Positions 26,101 to 37,397 of a DNA stretch of 64,000 bases are shown here, piece after piece; the first letter of the stretch is position 1; every line of letters begins with the position of its first letter. Where the stretch lies: the NCBI GenBank assembly GCA_043228905.1, contig JBHGNT010000001.1, positions 30,070,001 to 30,134,000 on the forward strand. Direction: 5' to 3'. The position numbers were made by a program, and so were the translations under genes. The notes under the pieces were generated by a model. It searched no databases. It worked only from the letters and a program-made list of their open reading frames with translations, and had not been told where the DNA came from. This DNA is from Azolla caroliniana. Its lineage: Eukaryota > Plantae > Polypodiophyta.

Positions 26101-27371
26101 CTGGTTGTGGCTCTCTTCCTGAAGCACAAAAAGTATTCGATATGCTTGAGATTCGTGATGTTTTGTCTTGGACCTCATTGATAGCAGGATATGCTGAACA
26201 TGGATCTGGGCAGGAAGCATTAAAATGTTTTGAAAAGATGAAGGATGAGGGTATTTGCATGGATGCAATAACCTTGGCTTCCATTTTAAAGGCCTGTGGC
26301 AATATAGGAGCTCTACAGAAGGGCAGAGAAATACATACAGTGATTGTCGAAGAGGAGTTTGAAGATGACTTATCTGTTAACAATAGTCTTATTATGATGT
26401 ATAGTAGATGTGGTGCTTTGGCAGATGCTAAAGATGTATTTGATTCCACACCAGTTCATGATTCCATAGCATGGGGCTCAATGATGAAAGGATATTGCAT
26501 GATGCATGATGGTAATGCAGCTATACAGTGTTTTGAGGACATGCAAAGAGCAGGTGTAAGACCTGATACTGTAACATTCACTTGCCTTCTCAATGCATGT
26601 AGCCATGCTAGTCTTGTGTCAGAGGGGATAACATATTATAAGCAAATGAGAGAACAATTTAAAATTGTACCAGCCATTGAACATCACACATGCATTGTTG
26701 ATCTTCTCGGAAGGTCAGGGAAACTATATGAGGCCGAAAATCTTTTATCCTTGTATCCTCCCAACGAAGCAACATGGTCCACACTTCTAACTGCTTGTAG
26801 AACATATGGTGAACCTGAACTTGGATTTAGATGCTTCCAAGAACTAATTGAATTAAATGGAGAAGATGCTACTTGGTATGCACTAATGGCTGACATATTT
26901 GCAAATGCCGGATATGGCCTTGCTGCCAATCGCATAGAACAATTAAGAAAACATGCTGGTGCAAAGAAAAAAACTGCAGTTGCCATTATAGAGGTGAATA
27001 ATGAAGTCCATGAATTCTCAGTGGGTTGCATAGAAAGCAAAGAAATCTCAAGAGCATTAAAAGCTCTTAATTCTTTCATAGTGAAAGAAGGCCATGTGCC
27101 AAACCTTGATAGAGTGTTGAAACCTATTTCAGATGATGAAAAGGAGGTAGTCCTATGTGAGCATGCTGAAAAACTAGCTATAGCATTTGGGCTTCTCAGC
27201 ACACCACAAGGAGCAACATTGCGAGTGACGAAGAATTTAAGGATGTGTAATGATTGTCATGATGTAACCAAGATGATTTCCAAGATCGAGAACCGGGAGA
27301 TTGTTCTTCGTGATACAAGCTGTATCCATAATTTCAAAGATGGAATGTGCTCTTGTGGAGATCTATACTAG
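23143..27371 (+). CDS. PLS-class PPR protein with E1/E2 and a DYW:KP-type deaminase domain; join(23143..23182,23347..27371), ~1354 aa
   Basis: Long array of P-L-S triplets (DVVSWT.LI.GY / TF..VLKAC / NSLI.MY.KCG). C-terminal K-K-T-A-V-A box, HAEKLA, CNDCH and CSC zinc motifs, terminal DLY. A short first exon (ATG TTG CAG...GCA G|gtaatt ... gttag|CT TAT) restores a true ATG in frame. Confidence 0.93.
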
Positions 27372-30300
27372 ATGCATTTTGTTTGAGACCACGCATCCTC
27401 TTGAAACCCTTAGGTGCTCACAATGAGGCATTATTCAACAACTATCCTTGAAAATGGGATGCCAAGCATATATTCAGTTGGGGAATGGTGACTACTCACA
27501 GTTTTTATGCAGCCAGCCTTGAGGTAAGGTATGCCTATTTAAAGTAATTGGGCATGCATTGTTAAGTCTTAACTGCTCAAGAGATGGACAGCATCATTGA
27601 CACAGATACCAATATTTGTTCTAATTACCCTTATCACCTCGATGTTTGTACAGCTTGGTAGATATCGAGCAGTTTTGTTCTCAAACCATAAATTATTATT
27701 GTACAGAAGGTAAGATCATATACAAAGACATGATACTGGTTAAGATATATAAAGCAAAACTTTCGTAAGATAAAGGAATAACCTGAAGAATTACCTTTCA
27801 TAAAGATTGGATTCATTCACACACAAATCAAAAGAGGGGTTGCCCATTCTTTGATTTAAAAAAAACCTGGGCCATGGATGGGCGTTAAGAAGCATGCAAT
27901 CACCTTTCTCTATATGTTTCTTTAAGAATTCGATATCACCTCTCTCTATGTCTCTATATACACACCAGTGCATACATACATATATTTAAGAATTCGATAT
28001 CACCTCCATGTCTCTATATGTATCAAGCGTGAGGTTGAACCCTATCTTACAAATCTATGCACTGGTGTGAATTAGAGACATATAGAGAGGTGTTATCCAA
28101 TTCTTAAACACAACATACACAGAAAGGTGATATGTATGTGGGCACATGTACCCTAATTGGGGTTGGAAGTTGGAACAAAGCATTGTGTGCACGTTTATGT
28201 GCATGTTATTTGGTTGGAAATTGAAAGAAGTGCAGGAATTAAGTTGAACATCGAAAAAATGCATTGTAATTGCTGAACACAGCTGAACACGGGTACAAAG
28301 ATGTTGTGTCAATAGGTCATCTTCACCTCTTCTTCTAGTATTTAGAGATAACAAAATTATTGAGAGGAAGACATCACATGTGTTATTAATTAATGTATCA
28401 ATTAGGCTTATTCGTTTAGCAAACATTGGAAGATAATGAGACATGCCAAGTACTCTAGTTCTACACCTAAATGCATTGGTAGTTGACTACTCAAACAAAA
28501 ATGGGACTAATTGGCATTGATAGCATGCGTTAATTATTAATTGGAGAACCCACTTTGGGTAACAATCATAATGCCCAAAAGGGAGAAAACCAAATTTGAT
28601 TCATCCTCACATTATGGTTATCAAACATATGGCATAACTTCTTGCATGTGATATAGAATATTGATGATAGGTTAAAGCATGCCAAAAGATTATGAATGGT
28701 TATGCTAATAGTCAATAAGGGAAATCCATATTTGCTTTCTGTATTTGTAATAGATATGGGAGACAAACTTCCCAAGACGCCATCCATCTCCATATTGTTT
28801 TTGTGTTTGCAATCTTAACAACAATATTATTCAAATAGATCTATCCATTCACATCTTAAAACCTCAAGTTGTTGAGAACCTTTTGTCTAGCCAACTTGAT
28901 CATATAGTCATAATTGCTACTACCTTTGAACAACCCATGTTGGGTGTGATTTTTACCATAATATGTTGAGGTCCACGACACATTGCTCTGAGGTTGAACA
29001 ACCTACAACTTGATTAAAAACATCATCACTACAAACTAGGTTCTCCTGCATAGGAATTATGTGTGGCTCAAAGTTGGAAACTTGGACAAGAGATAAAATC
29101 ACATTAATCATTGGTTGACCTTTGAACCTCATTCATATACTCGTTGTTTGGGGAGGAACTTTTTCGAGAGGCCACCCATCTTAGTATTGTCTTTGTAGCT
29201 TCTGAACTTAACAAGATTTCCAAATTGGTCTTGTTTCCCAAACCTCGAAAGCTTAAGTTGTTGGGGAGCATCAATCTAATTGAATTGAACTTGGCAAATA
29301 ATGAAGCATTTCTTTAATAAATGCAACAATCCCATTTATTGAGACTTCAACTCAATGACAATGTTGGAAAACACATGCTTTACCACAACAAAATTATGTC
29401 GATGTATTTGAAATTTAAGAATGTTGAATGTAGTACATTTGAATTTGTAAGCAATAACTGTAGGAACATGTGGCCATAAAGCAATCATTTGTAAGCATTA
29501 ATTGTAAGCAATAATTTGTAAGGTAGAGAGTCCAGACTCTAGACCATGCTTTCTCATATTGATTCAACACATAATCTCTTGTTTTATTTCTATTTAACCA
29601 AGTGTTTGTCGATAAAGAAAACAATAAGGGAAGATTACAATATAGTAAAAGGAAAGAAAATATTTCTAAAAATGCATGTAAATTTTCTTTAAAAAATACA
29701 CTACAATAACTACAAAGTCTCAATTTTGACAAACTTGAGCATAAAACAACTCTTCATGAAGACATTTATGCACCATTGAGAATGTTTTAAGAAAAAATTT
29801 CTACCTAAATCGAGTCTTCAACATCTTTCATGCATTGGAGATCTCCATTCATACAAGATTATCATAGCATTCAATGAGCTTTAACAACTCTGAAACTAAT
29901 TAAAAGATTGATTATTCATTGTTGGAAAGTGTATAGGAAAACGTAATGAAGTTTGCAAAATTGGTTTGCCTATAACAAATTTACTTAGCAATGACAACCT
30001 TCAATCTATTTTGATAGTGAACATGGAGAAAGAAAGTGTATCATGTATAAATGCACAAGCCCAATCGCCTTCAAGTTTACATGTAGCACTCAACATTGCG
30101 CCCACATGCATCATTGTCTCTAGGAATTTAGTGTGATGTAGAGGCAATATTGAATGAAGACCATACATTGAACTTAATTAAATAACTAGAAAATGTATGC
30201 ACCCACAAATTAATTCCAAATACAAGGCAAGCTAAAAACTAAGCATGTTATAGGGACAACCAACTGGAATGCTGAAATAAAGTATAACACTAACAAAGTA

Positions 30301-30479
30301 TTATGCAATAATAGAACTTTTGTTGAAAATCATGTTATCTTTGCAATATGTCCCTAATAGACTATTATGCAAAATAGATGTTGAGAATAAAGTTGTGTTT
30401 TAAAAAATATATTAAATATCCTCCCTTGGTATTAAAATTAAAATGGCCAGAGGCAATACACAAATATAATCCACTATTA

Positions 30480-30880
30480 CAATGCATATTGCATATCCTA
30501 TTATTAGCGATGTCCATGCGACAACATCTTTTATTGGAAAACTGTTGAATATTCGTGCAGCTTCAACAACCCAGCCACATTTAGCATCCATATTAAGCAA
30601 GGAATTGCCACTAGCAACATTGGTTTCCAAAAAACCCCTCTTTTTACAAGTTGACTATGGATTCCTTGGCCTTTATCAATGGATTTTATGTCATTGCAAG
30701 CTTGAAATCCAAAGAAACTATCATCGCAGTGGGAGACACCCCTCAAGCTGCGAACAAGCTTTGATAAGGACCACAAGAATATGTGTTGACACATGTATTA
30801 CTCAACATTCCTTCGGTTTTTGATGCAGTTTGATAGCATCATATGGCATTCCACATTTGACATAACCCATGGTAAGGGCA
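30480..30880 (-). pseudogene. PPR (PLS) gene fragment, frameshifted
   Basis: Fragments in different frames: 'FQACNDIKSIDKGQGIHSQLVKRG' and 'GNSLLNMDAKCGWVVEAARIFNSFPIKDVVAWTSLIIGYA'. Confidence 0.8.
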
Positions 30881-33001
30881 TTGGATTAGTTGTCTTGCTC
30901 ATGTTATCTTTGCATTAGTTAGTTGTGCATTTCACATCCAAACATATAGTCAATGTTTGGTTTTGGAATTCAATGACATCGCTCATGGCGTGATGAGTTG
31001 TTCATAATATTTGCTAATGGGGATTAAACACTTAGATCATTACATATATTTGTTTAGTTTCTTTTATTAATAAAACTATGAGATCTCAAAATAATCCAAT
31101 GTGTATAGCATGTGTACTAGGGGAAATAAGAGAAAAGACTTCACATGATAGAGTGAAACACAAAACAATAGAACTAACATTTCAATGTATTACACAATAG
31201 TTCATTTAAGTAGCAAAGTGGCTCAAGTAAAGCTATAACTCCAAGATTCATAATGTGAACAACCCAATGTCAAGCAAGGGCTTTTCCTTGGTCTTATTCT
31301 AGGACTTAACCTAATACTACCTTAAGAAAATATGTTGAAATGTTTTGCATAGTAGCATGTCATTCATGTATTGTGTGTGAATAGTAAGGGGATAAATGCC
31401 ATGTTCCACCATTTCTGATGAGAGGACATAAATGCCTTTTTGTGTACAAACTCTCATTGACCATTACAATAAAATGATATTGGTCAAACAAAATATATGT
31501 TTAAGGCACTCACTAAGAGAGAATGCTTTTTGCTCAAAAAGTTGAAACCTAGAGATCCACAAATATTAGTTGCTTAGGGACCAAGTGACTAGAAATTTTA
31601 TAGTAAATTTCAAAGTAATGACTAAGAAATGTAAGTTTGATTAAGATATACAAAATGCTAAGTCTAACTTAAATGATTTACAAAACCTCGACAAGAATTT
31701 TCAAAACAAGGCCCTTGATATTCACTATCGACTCTACTAAACAAATAGGCGTAGGACACACATGAATACTTCCAGAAGCCGCATCATCTACATAATTTGG
31801 GAATGGCATCTCATATCGTTTGACTACACATCATTAGAGCAAAATTGATGTACACTTTGACATTAGAATCATGCAAATTTGTTAGTGCATATACTCGAGC
31901 TATAAATGAGGTAATGACTCTACATGTACAAATGTGAGCTAATCTTCAACCTTATGGCTTCGACTAAAACCCAATATTACAAATGTTTTTCTATGGGATT
32001 GGAACATCCCAAACAAAGCCTAATTCTACAAGGAGCAAATCTGATTGCAAATCAATTCTAACATTTTTGAAGTCTTTTGTTTGTAAATAGCAATAGGTTG
32101 AAGTTTGTAGGATGCAACCAAAAGAGTTTGTTGAAGTGCAAACAACACTTTTAAGGTCTAGCATATTTTTAGTAGGTGAAGAATTCCACGTTGTGAAAGG
32201 AACCTCGAGAGTGAGTGTATAGGCGTGTGCTACAGTTTCAAAACCCCAAACCATGTGCACGAAAGCCCATAAGGCAAGTACATTTCAGCTCAATATCAAC
32301 ACAAAGACATAGACTATCACCTTACCATGTTTGCAAGCTAAGCCATGGAGGAGGTATTTCGAAGTGCAAAATCACATAAGCATAGCATACCCTATGGGTT
32401 CACATTGTTGGAAAGTCGTACATATTTGTTGAGTCGTGCATAAATTCAGCAAGGGACTTCTTCCAACACATGAGCTAACCATATAACTAACCCATGCGTA
32501 TGTGCAAAACCCTTATGGCTCATCAAACTTTGTCAACCTACACTTCCTATACCCCCATTCTCTCTTCTTCTTGCCAACTCTATATTTCTAGGGTTTCATT
32601 CTATATGTTCATGTCAAATGTATGCATGCATGCACGTATGCCTCTTGTCATGATCCTAAAAAAAAAAGCCAAACCCTAATTTGTGAAAGGGACTCATGTT
32701 TGTTAATATCAGCTCAACCTTCTTCATCTCTCTTTTTTTTCATTTTCGCTAACCCTAGTTTTTGTTCTTCACCTGTCCTTGCTAACCCTAAATTTGTGCA
32801 AGAGAACACGTATCAAAAAGATATAGAGAAAAAGAACGCCTTCTCCCTTCCTTCCTCTCATCATCTGCACCTCACCTTGCCATACCCTATATAATGTATG
32901 GAAGAAAAACATACATCTAACAAGTCTTGAAAGTGATAAAAAAAAATAAAAAAATTACTCACCTCCTCCGTGTCATTCCCTAAACGCTAAACCCTAATCA
33001 T

Positions 33002-33556
33002 ATGAAGGACTGTAAAAGCCCTAACCTATCTATGCAAACCCTAATCAAATTCAGAGCAAAAGTGGTGGGAGGAGGCGGTGGAAAGAAGAGGGGAGGAGAA
33101 GGAGAGGGGAAAGAGAGATCAAATGCGAAAGGAGGAGGAGGAGGAGGCATGGGGAGGTGCTGGGATTTGAAGAAGACATCTGAATCATCTGAATCATCAT
33201 CTGAATCATCAGGGAAGATGGAGGCAGGGCATTTGGAGGGGGAGTCAGGCGCGCTGTGGAAGAGGTCCATCCTGTTGGGGGAGAGGTGTGAGCCCCCTAC
33301 ATTCTCTGGCCTCATCCTCTATGATCGCCATGGCTATCCTCTCCCTCATCACCATCACCATCTCCATCCTCCTCCTCATCACCATCACCATCACCATCAT
33401 CATCATCATCAAAATGATCAAAATCATGATGAGCTTTCCTTGAGATCCCATTATTCTGCTCTGCATACCATCAAGCATGCCTCCCTCGCCCAATTGTTCG
33501 CATATGAGAGAGAGATGGAGAGAATCACACACACACGCACATACCAAATCTTCTAG
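33002..33556 (+). CDS. Small uncharacterised plant protein (184 aa) with conserved W.RSIL.GERC..P.FSG.ILYD motif, Gly- and His-rich tracts
   Basis: ATG-initiated intronless ORF. 'LWKRSILLGERCEPPTFSGLILYDRHG' matches a motif seen in a family of uncharacterised land-plant proteins. Telo-boxes lie upstream. Confidence 0.75.
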   Translation: MKDCKSPNLSMQTLIKFRAKVVGGGGGKKRGGEGEGKERSNAKGGGGGGMGRCWDLKKTSESSESSSESSGKMEAGHLEGESGALWKRSILLGERCEPPTFSGLILYDRHGYPLPHHHHHLHPPPHHHHHHHHHHHQNDQNHDELSLRSHYSALHTIKHASLAQLFAYEREMERITHTRTYQIF

Positions 33557-33766
33557 CCAGAGAGCCTGAATCAACCGTGACGCCGGTAGGGGAGTTGGGG
33601 GGGGAGGGGGATTTGATTTTACTCATTCAACCATGCATAAAAACCTGGTCTTTTAAGCCTTTTAACTGAGAATTTGAGCAACCACATGCATACTTATTTC
33701 CTAATCCTGTGCTTTGGGAGAGACAATGTTTGACCCACAGTACATGATTCTTAAAATGCTCATGTA

Positions 33767-33767
33767 T

Positions 33768-33810
<43 letters not shown>
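33767..33810. repeat. (CA)n microsatellite
   Basis: Seen directly. Confidence 0.95.
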
Positions 33811-33813
<3 letters not shown>

Positions 33814-34031
33814 TTGGAATGCAGGTTCCATGGCACCACCATTACCACCACATGTTTTTTACTTAACAAAAATGTACATTGTTATTTATAAGTGTGTATG
33901 CTTTCATGCGCATCCATGACACATCACGGTCTCCTCCTATGCGTGCCCGGTAGAGGCGACAAGGGGACCAAGAGGTGCAAAGCCAGCATTCACATATTTA
34001 TCGTGTGCTTAGCCTCGGGAAATGCTCAGGG

Positions 34032-34901
34032 CTAGACCTCGAAGATAGCCGATTTGATGCCATGTTTGTTGGTACTGCGAGGGCTAGCACTCGAACTAGC
34101 TGATTTGGTGCCATGTTTGGTAGTCATGCGAGGGCTAGAGCATTGACTCCGAGAGCTTGTTTGTGCATGACCTTGCTTGTGTGTTGCTCTAGTGCCATGT
34201 TTCATCATTGCACGAGGACTAGAAGTAAGGGTTGGGGAATATGTAGGTATTTGAACTAGAGAGTAAGAGCTAGGGCAAATTGCTCCCGCACTATCCTTGC
34301 CGTTAAATGTCCTCAAGGGAGAGCTAGGTGGTGTTCCGAGTGGATAGGGACTAGGGGTAAGCGTCTCCATACCGTCCTTGCCATTAAATGTTCGCAATGG
34401 GCTCGAGGTCACTGGCACGAGGAATTGATTCCCTACAAGCAACTCATTCATATAAGGGCTCCCCATCCTAAGCACTTGTTCGCATGCATCCTTCACTTTT
34501 GTGCCCAAGCCTTTAACCCCAGGAGAGGTGATGTAATCTTCTTGACTTGTGGACTTCCTTGGGCTAAGCATGCTTGCAAGCCCTAATTTCTTCTTGTTTT
34601 GCTCTTCCATGAGGTTGCTAAGCTCTCTAAGCTTTAATATCTTTTGTGTTTTCTCATGCTCCTCTTCTTCTACTTCTTTGTCACCTCCATAATCACACCT
34701 CCATTCGAGCTTTGTGTAATGCACATCATCCGTGTTGTCATCATCATTTGAGAAATGACCATGGTTCACACATGGTCTTGAAACCATTCCTCCAAAGCAA
34801 CTTATAATCAATGATGAACCAAACTTCGCAATTTTGGTTGAACCCTTTGGAACCTTAGGAGCAGAATTCATGTGGGGTGATGTTCTTTGCAACTTGAGCA
34901 T
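34032..34901 (-). CDS. Uncharacterised 289-aa Ser/Pro-rich protein with internal repeats
   Basis: 870-bp ATG-initiated ORF with raised GC. Short coiled-coil-like segment, repeated SSPLRTFNGKD and SPR...KHG motifs. No family recognised. Confidence 0.6.
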   Translation of the reverse strand: MLKLQRTSPHMNSAPKVPKGSTKIAKFGSSLIISCFGGMVSRPCVNHGHFSNDDDNTDDVHYTKLEWRCDYGGDKEVEEEEHEKTQKILKLRELSNLMEEQNKKKLGLASMLSPRKSTSQEDYITSPGVKGLGTKVKDACEQVLRMGSPYMNELLVGNQFLVPVTSSPLRTFNGKDGMETLTPSPYPLGTPPSSPLRTFNGKDSAGAICPSSYSLVQIPTYSPTLTSSPRAMMKHGTRATHKQGHAQTSSRSQCSSPRMTTKHGTKSASSSASPRSTNKHGIKSAIFEV

Positions 34902-37397
34902 TTTCTCAAGTTTTTATTCAAGTGAATATAAATGTGCTATAGATAATTATAAGAAATGCCAAGATCTTAGACTTGTGATAATATATAGTGTGTTTGCAAT
35001 ATCTTACACAGCCATAATGATGATTTGAAGATAGGACGTAAAACATGAGGAGGCTAATGGAGGGTCTACGTGTCTTAATGGAGTGCTAAAGAGACACATT
35101 GAGGAGGGGGGGGGGGGGGGGGGGTTATTTATTTTGGAATTGGAGCTTCTATAGATTGGCTATAAGTTCGTCTATAAAAAGAGACGTGGCAAATTTTTGA
35201 GCTTTGGAGCATTGACCTTAAGAGAGAGGATTGAAAGAACGACTGACCACCTAACATTTAAGTACTGACACGTTTTTGTAACAATTTTTATGGTATAACT
35301 TGAAGGCTTTAAATGTCGGGGCGGGAAAAATCAATGCCGGCGTATGTTGTCTATTAACTCTTGCCACAAATTGATGTACATGAATCAACTATAAACTTAA
35401 TCAAGGTTATTTACAAGCTTCAATCTATGTAGCCTAAATGATTTTTCTGTTGTTTATTCCATCATAGCGTAATTGAATATTATTGTACCACGTAATATTA
35501 TCTAGAGTATAAATGGTGAAACAAGATAAGAAAAGGTGGTTTTACCTACCATGTATTTTAAGTGAATTAACTATATTGGAGTGTACCAATGCATGTAATA
35601 GAAAGTAGTGCGTGGATATAATCGAAAGCATGGGGAAAGAGATGCAAATTTGTGGATGGGAATAAGCACATGATGACATTTTTACCTACCATTTGCACAT
35701 TTGCATTTCATGGACCCCATTAGCTATATCCATCAATCCCACAAAATAAAGCTTAGGCACTCCCACGTACATGAGTAAATTATGTTGCTCCATCCAATCA
35801 TATTGACTTGCTTGTTTCCCTTTTCCTTTTGGGAATGAGTTCACTTGTTTTTTGTATGTCTCATATTTCTATGTATAGCGTACATATCGACAAATATTGG
35901 CATCATTATCATCATAACCTAACACACCTAACAATCAACCCAAGACATTGCATACATGCATACCATTTAGAAAAGAACATTTATTTTCTACATGCACTTA
36001 CACTCACTTTTATTTGACCAAAAAGGTGCAATAATCTCGTATTATTAGATGGTATCTAGGTATATGGATGTGACATCACTTTTATGATGAGAACTTGTTG
36101 GCCGCCTTCTCCCCCCAACCCCCTTTCTCTCTTTTCCATTCAATATACATCCCACCATGAGTGGACTGTACCGGTACAATGTAATGCATAATTTCATCGA
36201 TCCAAAACACGAGTTGACTCGTTGTATCTTCATCACACACATCAACACCCATTTTTAAAAAGTGGAGACCAATCATTTTTCTCTCTAGATCTTTTGCACT
36301 ATTTATCTCAACTATACCCTCGTGCAACATCTTAGGCTTTCAAGGAGACCTAATTATAGTCACGTATGACGTAAAAGTGAGCATCTACAAGCGTATAAGT
36401 TGGCATATATCAAAATCATAAAATTTACACAATAAAAAATCAAACAATTTAGTCTGAAATATAGAATCACTCTGAAATACAATTTACTATGTACTATCAC
36501 TCAATTGAGCAAACTTCACCAAGAGGATATGCTTGTTTCAAACCAATCCTACAATTCACCAAAATGCAAGGGTACTGCGCTAATCTTAGCATTTCATGAA
36601 GTGATAATTTGAGAACCACTTAAAATCGGTCAAATTTATGATTCTAAAAAGAATATATGCATTAAATAACCCAATGATATAAAATATCAACTAGACATTT
36701 CGGTGGGTGAAATAACCCTAAACCCTAAACCCAAGGATTGTGTATAATCAGAAACATTAGCATGTTAGTAAGCTATGAATAATCAAACCCAAATAATTTA
36801 ACAATGGAAAATTTAGGGACTCTTAGGTCAGAAAAAAGAAAATGATATTTACACCACAGTAAACAAGAACCAAACTAGTAGAATAAATGACAATCTATTA
36901 ACAAAAGAAAAAGAAAAGCTCATAAACAAAGGATTTATCTAAGACAACAGGATAGCTAATTCAGCAAAATAAAGAATTAAATTCATGAAGCTTTCAAGCG
37001 GCTTTACATAGAAACTACCATTAGGTAGCCCATATGATTACTTTATGACATAAATAAAGAGCTTCAATAGATAATTGCAGTAAAGAAACCTTTCAGGGAA
37101 TGTATTCTCAAAAGTGAGATTCTAATTTTACATGGATTTACCACCTTGAGGTTGGTATATTATATCTTGGAAATAGAATTGCTATTGCTACAAAAGGAAT
37201 GGCAGTATGTAAAACAGCTTTCGTAGGCTATTTCATGGAACTCAGTCAATCACTATCTACAGATACTCTCCTCCAGCAAAATAAAAGATCAAGTTCATCA
37301 GCAGATGTGTCAATGAGAAGAAAGTGACCACCTGTAAAGCTACCAAGCCCCTTCAACATCTCAACCAATCTTCAAACGGGCTGTCTCTAGATTGTCT

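Noticed and set aside
23473-27202. Numerous antisense and alternate-frame ORFs over the PPR-DYW gene
   Set aside because: Shadow ORFs of a long coding sequence, with no independent motifs.
28000-30200. Possible decayed transposon
   Set aside because: No recognisable motif, terminal repeat or TSD.
32660-33050. Interstitial telomere
   Set aside because: Scattered single AAACCCTA motifs (telo-boxes), not a tandem TTTAGGG array.
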